Below, piece after piece: positions 11,640-26,164 of a DNA stretch of 64,000 nt. Made by a program: the position numbers and the translations under genes. Each line of letters begins with the position of its first letter. Positions within the stretch are counted from its first letter, which is position 1. The notes beneath the pieces were generated by a model. It saw nothing but the letters and a program-made list of their open reading frames with translations. It searched no databases and was not told where the DNA came from. Origin of the DNA: Podarcis erhardii (taxonomy: Eukaryota); NCBI GenBank assembly GCA_964252035.1, contig OZ176206.1. One strand, 5' to 3'.

Positions 11640-14600
11640 TACCCCACACCTCCATGAAAAGGGCTTTAGCTGAGGTTACTTTCAATTTCAAAGAATCTTG
11701 GCTTAATATGACGTGTGAGCCAGGAATAGGGATTTAAAAACAAGCAATTGTTAGTTACACAAGCCAGGTTTTTAAACTATGGTTGAAGTTGGCTTGTTTA
11801 GCTAAGAATCAGCCAGCCAGAGTCTGTTTTACTGACCAGCGGGGGGAAAGGAGGGAGTGTGCAAGCCCAATGTCTTGCTCAGGGGCTTGGCCACACATTG
11901 CTAAACCACACTTTAGTATCATGGGACAAACCAGTCAGAATATTGGTTCCATGGGGAAAATCCAGCTAGAAGCCCAGCCAGGTTCACTATACAAAATGCA
12001 CATGAATACATAGCTTCTCACGTGCAAGGAAAATCACGCTACGTACATAACGGAAACTACTCTAGGGTCATTAGCACAGGATTCTTTGGAGAGTAATTGA
12101 AATCAACATTAAGGGTAATTGAAATCAACATTAAGAGGGCAGCAACAGCAGCTAAAGAAATTTCAAGGATTTGTCAGGTTCCCCAAGAGAGGAGTGCTTT
12201 GCTTTTCTTCCCCACTCCACACTGCAAGTGCCACAATTGGCAAGGATAAGCATTCCTAAAATAAAGTCGCCTGTTAACAGCAATTAAAGAAGGGTAAACT
12301 ACCGTAACTTGTGCTGCCAGAGGACAGCACAAATCCTGAGCATTGCAGGGTACAGGTACGTGTGTGAAGGACCAACTCCCCCAACTTGGCACTCTCCAGA
12401 CTTTGTAGTTCAACCCCATCAGCCCCAGTTAGCATGGGGAGTTGTAGTCTAAAATATCTAAAACGTTCTGAGTTGGGTGGGGGGCAGTGCGGCTGGTGAG
12501 GGACATGAGAGGAAATCTTTTCCCCTTACGATGGTTACATATACTGTAAATAGGATTACTAACAGGTTTGAATGGGAGGGGAAACCATCTGGACAGTTGC
12601 CCGAATTGTTCCAATTACAACCAGGTTTATTAATAAAGAGACTCTGGCCCTTTTCTCATTAAAAAACTGTTTTGTTGCCTTTACTTTATGTATACTTCTT
12701 TATTTCACACATGTGCAAATATAGTGGCGGTGGTGGTGAAGGAACCCTAATCCCAGAGAGGTGAGGCTGGCTCCCTTTTTGTAACCCTTCTGCTGGCAGG
12801 CTAACTGCATTTTATTTACAGGTTCTTAACTAGTTTGTTTTTATTACTTTGTATTTCATAATGCTGCTTTAAAATGCTTTAAGCCTCCTTGAATCCAACT
12901 TGGGGGAAAGGCAAGATGTTAATACATTAAATAATAATGAAAATAAAAATTCATTTAACTGCATAGATGCAAGCCTCTGTGGTCTGAAGCTGCCACCAAC
13001 TCTTGCTGTTCTACTTGGTTTGCTGCCTGCCCCCTTCCCAGCTTGGCATAGGCCAGCTGCCTTGCTTGCTGTGATCACTGACAGTGCTCATGACAGCAGA
13101 AAATGCATGGCAATAGCAACAAAGGGTGGGAGGGAGCCACTCTGTCCTCTTCCCAGAAGCCTAGGTAAATCTCATGACCCTCCTCCACTTGAACCTGCAG
13201 CACCCTTGGCAGTAGGGGTACTGCAGCAGCAGGACTGCATTACTCTGCTATGCAGTTTACCATCAGAGCAGCACAGAAATGGCAGTGCCCAAAATGGATT
13301 AATGATCGTACCAGCCAAATTTCCCTGTGGCATCCTCTGCCAGGGTGCAGTCAGGGCAGCTAAGAGGGCAGATGAATGCAGATAAGAGATGAACATGTAG
13401 TTATGAATGGATGCCGTTATCCCTTCCAATTCAAATGGGCTCTGACCCCAGAGTGCTTTTAATTTCTATTTGGCAGCTTGTATTGCGAAGTTATTGGGCT
13501 GCATGCTCAAACTCAGGCTTTAGATAGTCTTGTAATGAACAGGATACTAGGAACAGGTTTGTGAACTATTGTCCAACTAGCAGATTTATTGCTAGAAGGA
13601 AAGGAATTGAGGCAGTAAACAAAGCAGCGCCTTTGCTTGTGTAGGGAGGGATGTTACCTGCATTACAATTAGCAATGCACAGGGCAGAAAGGCGCCGTCT
13701 CTTTCCCTGAAATGTCTTTGCTTGCCTCCGCAAAGAACTGATTACACAAAGCATCCAACATCTCAAGCAAACAGCCAGCAGCACATCAGGTTACGCTTTT
13801 TTGCAATGCCTACACTGTACGAGATGTTTAAAGAGAGAAACACACGTTGAGATTTGCATTGACTGCTGTTGAGCAAAATCTTTGCAGACAGCCACTTAAT
13901 TCTCTTCCCAACACTCATTGTTTCCATTTATTCCAACAGAAGATATCTTGTGTGACATTTACGTACTTATTTTTCTTCACTGCAGACGATTTAATGGAAC
14001 TCAGTGAATTCTACATTCCCAATAAGCACATTTTGTGCATAAGGAAATTGGGACGCAAAAATCTAAGCAAGCAGAGAGCTGTGCAATTTCCCCACATAGA
14101 CAAAAATGTCTGTTTTATAATACACATTCTTCCAACTAAAGTTTCTGCACCTTCATTCCTGTGCTGTCTGAACCTTGACTCTACGCATGTGATAACTCAC
14201 AAGATCATACACAGCTTCCTTGAAGGGTTCCTAGTACAGGCTTTCATGGGGTTTTCCTAATGAGGAAGGCAGGTTAGGGGATAGAAGAAGAGGCACAGCT
14301 GTACTCATGGAGTAAGTGCACAGTTAATTCAGTTTTCTTGCATACCTCACTCCTTCCTCTCTTCCACTATTCCTGCTGAAAAAAAGTAATGTTGCACAGA
14401 GAATACTAATATATGATAAATAAAGCCATCAAATATGACAATCACACAAAGATTTATTTGCAATTCTTTAAAGCTTTAGGTCACAATCCAGTTTGTAACT
14501 TGGAATACAAGGACTTGTGCTACCTGGTGGGATGTCTGGCTTCTTCTATTGAACAATGGACCCCACCAAGACCATATCATGTTTTCAGATGTCTTGATGG

Positions 14601-15421
14601 CTTTATTGTTTGTGTCTGTGCTACTCTGAGCCCTTTTGGGAGGAAGGGCAGGATATAAATTAAATTAATAACAATATTAGTATCACAAACAACCTCAGTT
14701 CAAAGAACAGCTTTACCAAGCACTGGTGCTTGATAACCACAAATCCAAAGCCCGTTGGGCGCACAGTACTGGTCAAGTCATCACAGAAAAAAAAAAAGAC
14801 TGTTTCTATATTCTCACAGTAAGAGGAATGAAGCTGAGCAGAACTGAAGAGTGCAGGTATAACTTACCACCAAATAGCTACTGCAATAAATGATAATGGC
14901 CACTGGCTACAAACAATAACAATCTGACTGACTACACTCAGACTGAACAGTTTCCTTCATAGCAAACCACGTCGCTTTCACACCACGGCTATCTGTATGG
15001 AGTCCATATTTTATATGCTGAAAGTACTTTCGTATCCAAGAAAATACGGTGGCAGCTCTATACTTATTTAGGCAGGATCGTTTTCACATTTATCTAAACA
15101 ACCTGTGAATTTGTTCAGCAATGCATGGAAATACATTACTTAGGCCAATGCTATTAATTCCACTGATAAAGAGGTTTTCAAGACCAGGAATAATTCTTGA
15201 AATAACGAATCTGTTTTTGTAGCCAAATTAAAATACCCTGGAATACGAAAAGCATCTGAAATAGTGTTATCTCATTGATTAGGCCAATGCTATTTTCACT
15301 CTGGTTGATGTATTTATTTTCAAGGCTGAGAGAACTCTTATGCAGTTTACCAAACTGGGTCTGGTCCACACAATCAATCTCTGGATTAATAAGGCAGGAT
15401 ACACACAAGCTGCATGCAGGT

Positions 15422-15684
15422 CAGGGCCGGTCCAATATATTTTGGCACCTGAGGCAAACCACAAAATGGTGCCTTTCTCTGCTAGGGCTGAGAGGCCGCT
15501 GTAGAGATGGCATGTGGGGTAAGGGCTGGTGAGGAAGAGGCAGATCCAAGCAGCGTGCCACAGCCATCGCTGCTACTGCAGCAGCAGCGGGCAATGCATT
15601 CCTTGGATGCCAGATCTCCTGCCTCTGTGGATTCTGCTGCCTGAGGCGGATGTCTCACCTTGCCTCATGGGTGGGCTGGCCCTG
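15422..15684. mobile_element. hAT-type MITE
   Basis: CAGGGCC...GGCCCTG termini; 8-bp TSD ATGCAGGT/ATGCAAGT. Confidence 0.8.
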
Positions 15685-17945
15685 ATGCAAGTATACAGAG
15701 GTCCTTTCCAGCCCAGTGGCTAAACAAGCCAGGATTCAGCTCTTAATCTGTTATGAACCACCTCAAAAACTACGCTTATTTGCTTACAAAGAAGCCAGGG
15801 TACTAATTTTAAATCAAGGCTTAATATTCTGGCTTGTTTGCAGGGCATTAACGGTAGTTTATGGGTTCACATTTAATGGGAAAGCTATTGTTTAGTTTAT
15901 TTTGCTGCTCACATGCAAGGGGCGAGAAAGCGCATGGTGCCATATCCTGGCTTTAAGTGAGGATTTGAGTGCATAGATTTGTCCATGGAATTCTATTATG
16001 AAAAATGATGACTCTTCAACAGAGTCTCCTAGATAACTGCTACATAATTACATTATTGCTGGTAATAATTTCAACTTTTTAAATAAAGTTTTAATTGCTG
16101 CAATGTTGTGTTATGACTTATATAGCACCATCTATGTACATGGTGCTTCAGCATAGGATGAGAGGACAGAGCCATACAGTATTTTTTAAAAAAAAATGAA
16201 AAGGAGTGTGGCAGTTGGAAAATGGATTAGGCCTAAACTAAATTGGCATAAAGATGCTCAGACTAGAGAGGATCCCTCTCCCCTTTCAGGCACAATTTAA
16301 AGCTGTTAAGCTGTTTATAATGATATAACTGTCAAAAATAGTTTAGCTGGCGTGACTATTTTGGCTACATCTGTTGCAAAAATAAACAGCGTGTTCTTTA
16401 CATGCAAGGCACAGATCATTCGCATCCCTTCTTAGTTGTCCTCCTCTTTCACAGAGATGAAGAATCTGTGGTGCTCCAGATGTTCCTGAACTTCTAGCTC
16501 CCATCAGCCCTACCCAGTTTGGCCAATGGTAAGTGATGATGGGAGCTGTAGTCCAGTAACATCTGGAGTGCACCAAGTTCCCCATTCCTACTGTGTCCCT
16601 TACAATCCAAGTTTAGGTTACCATCTCATACCCGCTTACCTTAGGATAAGTCCCATTGAACCCAAGCATAGGTTTGCACTGTTAATCTTTTTAAATCCCT
16701 TCTCAAATCCCACATTTTCAATGCAATATTTGGGACATTGCCCGTAGTCCCTGTATCACACGGCTCCTACTCAACCTGAGTACACGTAACTGAAATGTAA
16801 TTTTCATTTATTTGTATCACACTGCTCCTACTCAACCTGAATACATGTAACTGAAATGTAATTTGCAATTATTTATGCAAAAATTTACACCCCGCTCTTC
16901 CCTTCCAAAAAAAGATCAACTAAAGCATAAAAATGAGTATAAAACAATAATCCATCATTTTAAAAAATCCCAGACTAAAAGTAGGAAAGAGAAAGAACAC
17001 AAGAAGCTAAACTATGAAAGAATAAATTAAGCAACAGTAGAAAGGCTTCTGTTCTTCTGTTGGCTCCTCTCTTGTAGAATTTTAGCTGGCAAACTCTTTG
17101 AGGCTGTACCTGTCCTTCTGTACTTTGGAAAGTGCAATGCACTTATAGCTCTAAACAGTGTTTTTTTATTATTAAAAACCGGGGTGTTGCTATTTCTATA
17201 TTGGTCAAAGTGCTGTGGGTGCCAAATAATACCCTCCACAAAGTTAGGCACTATTTTTAGAAGGTTAAGAGGGCATTCAAAAGTGAAGCAGGGAATACAC
17301 CTTCTGATTCTCTTGTTGTTAAGGCACTGAGCATGGATGTTTCTGAACAGACATCCTGTGCAAACAAAGCGATGGAGAGCTACAGACCTGACTGCGCTCC
17401 TCAGCCAGGCACAGAGAGCAGGGGTGCCAACTTGAATAAAATATATATTTTTTGGGGGGGGGCAGGTAAGCCCCACCCTGCATAACTGATCACATGAGGT
17501 ACATGCACAACATTTGAATAGCAATGCCCGTCAACTATGGGGGCCCCTGTCCCCTCAAATATTTTATTGTGGGGGCCGAAGCCCCCATGGCCCCTAGGAG
17601 TTGGCTCCTATGACAGAGAGATATTATGAAGACAGGGCCATAACAAAATGCTGTCCTATAATTCAAGCACTGTTTTTTACTGCCCCCCCCTTTGTCTAAA
17701 AGGAGCTTTTCTTATAGGACTCCCATAGACACAGAATAACCTGTTAAGTTTTGGATTCTTTTCTCCTCTTCCTGAGAAAAACTCCTTTTCTCAGCGTGGA
17801 AATAAACATTGTTGGATCTGAGTCCTGGACGCCACTGAGCCTTGGAAATTCACAACGCATATGCAATTGTTTAATGTTCAGCTTAATTGTTCGTAGATGT
17901 AATGCCAAACTGAACTTAAAAGGTATTTCAAAAGTAGTGACTCAC

Positions 17946-18040
17946 CTGCAGTGAAATCATTATTCAGATCAATGAATGCATGGGAGTGAGGTGTGTACAA
18001 CTTCTTCTGTGTGTCCAGAGCTATGTGCCATGATAAATTC
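17946..18040 (-). CDS. ITFG1: ITFG1 coding exon 6
   Basis: ttcatag|GAATTTATCATGG...TTCACTGCAG|gtgagt, 95 nt. Encodes (R)NLSWHIALDTQKKLYTPHSHAFIDLNNDFTA(D), matching ITFG1 NLSWH...PHSHAFIDLTEDFTAD. Confidence 0.96.
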
Positions 18041-21000
18041 CTATGAAGGGAAATTGTTAACAGTTAGTTTTAGTAACAAGGTTAACACCTGAAGATCATC
18101 AATGTTGGCATTCAACCACTTGCACATAACTTATTTGACTTCAGTTATATAATATGTGTGCAAGAGAGAGCAACTTCTAGGTTTATACATACTCAGGTGA
18201 TCATTTCATGTAATTGAGAAAGCAGGCTTTACTGACAAAGAGCTTATGCTACAATATATGTACCTGGTAGCCTTCAAAATGCAATGAGCCTCATGCTGTT
18301 TTGACACAGTTCATTCAAATGGAAGAACAAAGTAAGAGGACAGAAAAACACAATACCATTTCAAAGGACTAACACTGCCTTACGTTTGATCTGAGTAAAC
18401 ATTACTTGCATTCGTAATACTTCTATTTTCCAGAAGAAGAAAGACCACTCTCCCATTACAGAGTTGTTACCTTGCCTTCTGCTTTTAACAATGAGCTTGC
18501 TTGTTGGGATAATTTGCTGTGGATTTTCTGGAATATGATGTTCCTATTTTGTCATCTTAACCTTTTAATTAGCCCCTATTTCCCCAAAGCTAGCTAAACC
18601 AATGGGCCAATTTGTCTTGAATTAAGCCAGCCAACAATTTCAAATGGTAGTGCCCAGAACGCTATGTGTTCCCTCTGTTTAGTATTCCACCGATCATCCC
18701 CAGTATTGTAACTTGCTAACCAAAAGATCTTTGCATTATCACCATCTCCTCTCTCTCCATATTTTGATTTACACTGAGTGACAATGGTTAGGATTTTTGT
18801 TTTTGTTCAGTTTCATACTTATTTGCCTGTATTCTGCATATTCATAGGAACATTTCCAAGCAACAAATAAATGGAATCTCAAATAAGGTTGTTAGTACCA
18901 TGCAACACACAGCTGGGAACTCAGCCAGACAACTATACCCAAGATTCTGCCTCTGTGAGAATGACTAAGCAAGCAGACAAATAGTGAAAATGTATTCTAC
19001 ACATTTGAAGAACTCGATTTTTAGATCATGCAGAATAGCTATAACTGCATAAGACAAGGCACTCTGGAACAGGAATGAGAAAGAAAGCTTATGTGAAATC
19101 TCTCTGAGTCATTTACCGGGTGGGGAGCTTTTTTTACTTCCAAACAGTTGCCTAAACATACTTAATTGGTATTGCTGTTGCTCCTGCTGAACTTCTGACT
19201 AGTTCATCCAATGATTAGGTATTCTTTAAGAAGATTTGACTTAAGATACTTTATTCCTTCAAAGTCTTTGCTCTTACTTAAACCGATGCCCCTTTCTTGT
19301 CTCAGAATTTAACCTTCAGCCCTTATAAGAAGAAGCCTACTCATTGCAAGAAACTGAAAATTAATGGCTTATAAAAAATAAAAACACACACAAAATCCCA
19401 GTCAGGCTGTCCTTTGATGATAAGAGCTCAATTGAATTTGACTTCTTTGCTTGAGGTATTTGGAGGTGAAAATAAATTAAAGAAACTGCTAGTTGCGAGT
19501 AGGATCAGGTCAACATTATCTGTTTCCTCATTTAGGGTAGGTCTGGGGAACCTGTGGCCCTCCAGGTGTTCTGGAACTACCATACCCATCAGTCCCAGCC
19601 AACATGACTGAGGGCAAGGAATGACAGGAACTGTAGTCCAACATCATCTGGAGGGCCACACAGTCCTAATCCCCATTACAAAGGGACACATACCACACTG
19701 GAAACAACTTGGATGATCCACAGCATCAACATGAACACTTCAGGACAGGTGAGTGCCTGTGTGATCTAGCTTCAGGGAGACACATGGTCAAACTTAACCA
19801 TGAAGCCTGCTTGACCGTGAGCAAGTTACTCTATCTCACCTTAAGCCATCCTTACATAGCAAAGGTACATCCTTCTGAGCTTGTTGAAGGAAGGGCAACA
19901 TAGAGATGTAGTGTTTTTGCTTTTTTTAAAAAACAACAACAACAACACAGTTTTGGCTTCTCCATGTCAGTCAAGGCTTATAGGGAATCCTTAAAAAGGC
20001 AGCGGTAGCCAAGTGGTGCCCTCCAGGTGTTGTTGGTCTTCAACTCCCATGAGTTCCCATGACTGATGGGAGTTGCAGTCCAAAAGCATCTGGAGTGTAC
20101 CATTTTGGCTACCCTTCTCTAAGGAGACAAGTCAGCAAACTGCAAACAGCAAACCGACTACATGCCTAGTGGGAAGAGGATGAAATATATTATTCCCCCC
20201 CTTCTTTATTCCATACTTATTAGTTCTATTGTTCATATTTTGCACCTACTGCTGTCCAAGTACGTTTCCCAAAAATGTCCTCTACATTTGACAGACACGT
20301 TTCCATTTCCAAATGGATAAAAACACCATCCTTGATAAGTCTGCATTAATTTCGTCAGAAGTTCCCTATGAACTTATACACTTTCCCCCTTAAAAGACAA
20401 AGCATGAAATGCAAAGGAGAGTTGTGCTCTTCACACACTGTGAGGAATTTATTATAATGTGATCCATAATATTCAACCTTTTATTTCTAACAACCACACT
20501 ACTTTCTACTAAAACTATTCCCCCTCACTGGGGATGGGGGGGGGGAGGAAAAAGCAAGGAGACTTTTTTGTTCAAAAGCTGATAAAATCTTCCAACACAA
20601 TCATTGCAAGGTTATGGTTGCTGTCATCCACACCCTTGAGGAATGTGCAGGCTTTGTTCCATAAGTCACAGTTTTTAAACAGAAGTCATCTTGTTAAAAA
20701 TGAAAGAGATTAATGGCCATAAAACTATCTCAGAAGGGCAGAAGAACTTCCCCCATGACACTTAAAATGATTTCAACATCTAAACACTGTTTCTGTTTTC
20801 ATAGTACAAAATAATTTGCCCTGTCAAAAACAGATGTTATAAACAGATTTCTGAGATGAAAAAATCAAGTCTTAAAAACAGGAAAAGGACAACAATCTAT
20901 CTAGTTATCCTAATATAGATATATTAAATTACTGGGTGATTTACCTAAATGAGGGAATATTTTACCTTTTTATTGAAGAACAGTACTCTTAGCCTGAATG

Positions 21001-21481
21001 ATACAAATAGGTTTCTTAATTAAAACATTTAAGTGCCTGGGGACACAAGTTAGAAAAACTGATGTACTGTTTCTATGGAAACAGTGGCATAATCTGATTG
21101 ACTTCTCTAGGTCTAATGCGCTTCTCTTGACACAATAGCTAAAAAGCCCCAGGGAAGTGCAAAACACTTCACAACAAACCATTTCCTTTAGAGCTGATGA
21201 GCATCACCATTGATTACATATAAAACTGAAACATCTGCCAAAGGCTTCAGACACCTGGATTTATTCTGCACTCAGTACCCTTCCATATGTCTATCTTCCT
21301 ACATACATAAAAATGTAAGCCTGTCATCATACTCCACAGTTCGCACAGCCACCGACAGGCTGCCCTGATCCATTAAGCCCAAAGAGCTCGTGGGAGTGGC
21401 TGGGTGCAGGGATACCAAAGAAGGATGTCAAAAACACCAGAACAATTAGTTCTAGTGCTTCATTAAAAGAAAGGTCTAGAC

Positions 21482-21814
21482 CATGGGTAGGCAAACTAAC
21501 TAAGGCCCAGGGGCCTGATCCAGCCCAACTGCCTTCTAAATCCGACTTGCGGACAGTCCGGGAATCAGCGTGTTTTTACATGAGTAGAATATGTCCTTTT
21601 ATTTAAAATGCATCTCTGGGTTATTTGTGGGGCCTGCCTGGTGTTTTTACATGAGTAGAATGTCTTCTTTTATTTAAATTGCATCTCCTGGTTATTTGCA
21701 GGGCATAGGAATTTGTTCATTTCCCCCCACCCCACCCCCAAATATAGTCTGGCCCCCCAGAAGGTCTGAAGGACAGTGGACTGACCCCCTGCTGAAAAAG
21801 TTTGCTGAGCCCTG
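21482..21814. mobile_element. hAT (Charlie-like) MITE
   Basis: Perfect 8-bp TSD GTCTAGAC, CAKGGGTAGGCAAACT-type termini, internal ~60-bp direct repeat. Confidence 0.85.
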
Positions 21815-24280
21815 GTCTAGACTTACAGTAAATCAGCCTGCCATGTCTCCCAGCATTTACAGGGCATCGCATCAAGGAGATGGTTTGTCCATGCCCAAGT
21901 AAATGTTCCTATGTTCTTTATACACAAAGCAGCAAACACCACTTTGTCCAGGACTTCCCATGACTTCACCTGACCAGATAAGGGCATAGGTGGCAACAGA
22001 TAGTTCCCCTTTCTGTGCTCAGAGCCCAGCACCCCAAGCTCACAGATATGGATAGCTTCAAAACAAGTCAATTAGCCTATACCAAAGCAAGTGAATATAA
22101 ACATATATGAGCTCATTGTTACAACAACAACTATTAATTGTGGGATTATATTGACTACTAAGATGGCATTTGCAGAGCTTCCAGAATAGTTTGCCTTTGG
22201 TTCAATGCATAGGCAGCCACAACAACTGCAGCATGACAAATGGCAGGCAGGTGAGCAAGGAAGTGGTATGGGTGGCAAGTGGCTCAGCAGAGCTGTTTAA
22301 TGGAGGAGGAGGAGCTGTGAAGTACCACCCTGCTTTGTTAAAGGCACCTACAGCAAGGTTTAACACACAGGGAAAGGTGCTTCACATAGAAGTTTAGTAA
22401 GTTACTCTGTGATATGCTTCCTCTCTCCTTTAAAATGGCATGGGGAATGGAGCGAGCTGTGTGTGGAGGGGTTTGGTCAGGTGGTGGGGAAGGGCAGTTA
22501 GCAAAGGCGCAGCAGCCCCTAGTGTTCATATATACCTCTAAAACGATGGAAACATTAAACAATTGATCATGTGGATTAATTTATTTAATAACCTGATTTA
22601 GAAAAGAGGAGCACATGTAAAAAATAGGGCACATGGCCCTATTTGATTTTCAAATAGAGCCACAACTTATTACCCAACTGATTTTTAAAATTACTATTAA
22701 AAGGATGATTTCTAGCAACATAATAGATAGCAAATATACAGTACTCCTAAAAAGAGGCATCCTCCCTTCTCTCACAAACAGGAAAGGATGCCTCTTCTAA
22801 GATGATTTCCTCTAACAACAGGAGGAAGGAACCTGCAACTCAACTCCCAACAGCCCCAGCCATAGCAATTACTGCCTTATCTTGGTAAGCACAAGTGTTG
22901 TGCATTTATGCCTTCAACAAGTCAGCTCACACCAAGCTTCTACAATAGGCTTCTTTCCATCCTGCCATACTTTTCTCTATTGTTCCTAGTGACCAACCAT
23001 CACAGACTTGTTCCATTGCAGTATTGTAAAGAAACACAGCAGTCAGATGTAGAATCTAATTTGTTTAATAAGATTTGAGTAAACTAACAATTCAATTTTA
23101 ACCAGATAATGTATAGGTTTAGATATTATTCTGAATAACAGACATTTGTGTTCATAATTTGTGAATATTGGTAATTTTGTGTTTATAGTGTTTCATAAAA
23201 TTGATTTGATAAATAAAAAGAAACACAGCAGCTAGAGCTGAAACATCAGCACACAAAAAGTCATGCACCCTTCCACATTTTCAGCACAAAATTTCCCTCC
23301 AAGCTCTTGTTTGCATCAACCATGGTTTAACACCACCATCCACACCGTTATATTATTATTTATGTTAGAGTCCTTTTACAAGGATCTGAAACCATTGTTT
23401 AAAGCTCATTTGCAAATCCTGATTAAGTGTGAAACTAACAATGGCAAGCATCATAGTGTAGAAGTAATTCTTAACTACTGCTCAAACAAACCATGTAAGA
23501 ATAGTCTTGTTGGATCAGACCAAACTCCTGTCTAGTCCAACATTCTCTTCCCTCAGTAGTCAGTCAAATGCCTTTGGGAGTCCACAAGAGAAGGAAAGTA
23601 GGGATTTGTATCAGAGAGCACATAATCTGCTCTCAATCACTTACAAGGCCTCCTTTTCGGTCATGATACAGGACAAGCGATAAAGATGCCAAAATGTGAT
23701 AAAGCACACATAAATGTTGGTATGTAATGCTATGCCAAACCATTACTCAGTGTGAATGAGCAAACATGCAGGCTTTCAGAGAGGAGAATACGACACCGCC
23801 TTGCTCCCCATCACTCAATTTGCTGTCACATTGTGCTGTAAAAAGTTGTGGTTTGGCTTTGCTCTCTCCAGACAAACCATAAGATGTAACCAAGATCTGT
23901 CCTATGACTTATGGCACATGGTTTGTCTAGAGAGTGCAAGCCGAGGTTCAGACAGCATGCTAAGCCAAACCATGGATCAGCTCAGTGGCAAATGACTTGG
24001 AAAGAGCAAAGTGTCCGCAATCTCCCCTCTGGGAGTCAGGATATTTTCTCATATGCACCAAGTGTTATGTGCAAAACAGGCTGGTGTGTCTACAGAGGCA
24101 ATTATACACTGAATTCTACCTCCCTGTAAGCTCTAGTACCAAATGCATATCTAAAGCTCAGCTCAGTGCAACCCCAAAATTCTGTCACAGCAGGAGGATT
24201 TATGACACCAATACTGTAAGACAGAAACTTATGACTCAACAATGCATCTTTTCAAAAAGTAATAAATGAATTCAGCTTAC

Positions 24281-24355
24281 CTGCCAAGTAGTACCTGTGG
24301 CTTGTCAGAATCACTTGTAGCTCCAAATACATCAGGAATTAAGTCACCATTGAAA
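24281..24355 (-). CDS. ITFG1: ITFG1 coding exon 5
   Basis: cctgcag|TTTCAATGGTGAC...CTTGGCAG|gtaagc, 75 nt. Encodes (D)FNGDLIPDVFGATSDSDKPQVLLG(R), an FG-GAP repeat motif. Confidence 0.96.
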
Positions 24356-24845
24356 CTGCAGGAGCAACAATGATAAGCTGAACTTTCCAGCTGTTCTGTC
24401 AATAATAGGACAATTCCTCCTCCTCTAAGTTTAATACTGCTTCCCCAAAAGTATGCAGAAGCTTAGAAAAATATGAAGCTGTCTTATAGCAAATCAGGTC
24501 ACTGATCCATCAAGCTCTGTATTGTCCACATTCAGACAAAGGCATCTCTTTACCTGGAGATGCAGCCAATTGAATTGGGACATTCTGCATGCAAAGCAGG
24601 TGTTCTGCCATTGAGCTACAGCCCTTTCTTAAAATCTGAAGAACAGAGGTTGGCTAAATACCACATTTTAAATGATTAGTACATTTACACTGCAATCCTA
24701 TATATCCTTTCCTGGGAAAAAGTCCCACTGAACTCAATTGAGTTTATTTCAGAGTGGACACTGCACAGAGAGTCAACTATATTTTCTCTGTTTTATTCTA
24801 ATTTACAGTTGTAAACTCTTCTCATAATAATGAACATATACTTAC

Positions 24846-24903
24846 TCCATGATTAGTGGCTCATCATGAAATGTTTTATTTAATACAAACTTACGATTTA
24901 CAT
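24846..24903 (-). CDS. ITFG1: ITFG1 coding exon 4
   Basis: cttttcag|ATGTAAATCG...ATCATGGA|gtaagt, 58 nt. Encodes (D)VNRKFVLNKTFHDEPLIM(D). Confidence 0.95.
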
Positions 24904-26164
24904 CTGAAAAGAAAGAAAAAATACAGTTGTTAACCTCGGTTCTCTCAACTGCTAAGTATTTCAAGCATCCTGATTTAATTCTGTGGGCTGACTATTAATA
25001 CAGTTCATTTAAATTAACACTTTTTAATGAGCTGATGTGCATGTAGCACTAAACCCGGAATGGGGAACCCCTTGGCCCACAGGACTTAATCCAGCCTTCT
25101 GGGTCTCCTCCTGCCCATGGGGAGCTGCTGAGTGGGAAAAGGGTTTTGATGTCATGCAAACTGAGCAACTGCAGTTTCTTTCTCGAGAAGAAGATACGCT
25201 GCCAGATCAAATCAGAGAGGAGTATATGAAAGCAGAGACATAGACTTGTGTTCCTTGCAAATATGCAAGAACTGTTCATAGATTTTATAACTGCATCCAC
25301 ACAATTTTCTGGATGCAGCTACATTTTGCGGCTCTGAATAGTTGTTAAGGCAGTACTTGCTGTTCAGTTGTGCATTGACATTATTTGCATTCTTCTGCTG
25401 GGATTAAGGAGTCCCTTTTGCTTTTTGTGCAGTGACAAAAGAAAGTGTTAGAGAGGATTTTTCTCCCCCTCTAAAACTTACCAGATTTTTTTTTTTTTTA
25501 CAATGTCCTTGGAAAGAGAAACAGGAGTGCAGTTGCTAAGAATTAAATATATGCCCTTTGTTTCCATAGATAGCAGTCTGAGTGTGTGCGTGCATGAAGG
25601 TATGAGACAGAGACTGTGTGAGGATCTGGCTCCACACATTACTTGAACATATATCCCAACAGTCTAATCGTGTATCAATATCCATTACGTGAACCCTTAT
25701 GAGGCATTATTATTGCTACATTACAGAGTAAAGGAAGTCATAAAATTGTTGTCTATTGACTGAGTGCCTAGAAAGGACAGATTTGAACTAGGCATATTCA
25801 CTCTACCCCAAAACAATAGTGGTGTATGTGTGAACATAGGAAGCTGCCTTATATCAAACCAGACAATCTGTCTATTTATCCAGGGTTTCAGACAGTGGAT
25901 TTTCCCTGTCCTACTTGGAAATGCCTGGGACCAGAACCTGGACCCTTTTAGAAGTGCTCTACTATTGACCCATGGCCCTTACCCATATGTGAAGGTACTG
26001 TGCCCATAGGGCCCTTGAACACATGGAAGTCAATGGTGGCATGAGGAAGTACGACACTAACTCTCCAACCCCTCTCCATACATGTGAACAGGGCAATGGC
26101 TAGACATCCTTCAGGACTGAATTTGATGATCACTTTCTAAAAATTTTAAAATGGTATTGCCTAC

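Noticed and set aside
17027-17524. 165-aa minus ORF
   Set aside because: It starts inside a hAT-like repeat and has no recognisable motif; its length is plausible by chance in 64 kb.
21190-21240. Hammerhead ribozyme cores at CTGATGA motifs (also ~37170 and on the minus strand)
   Set aside because: No paired stem II followed by GAAA and no stem I/III complementarity.
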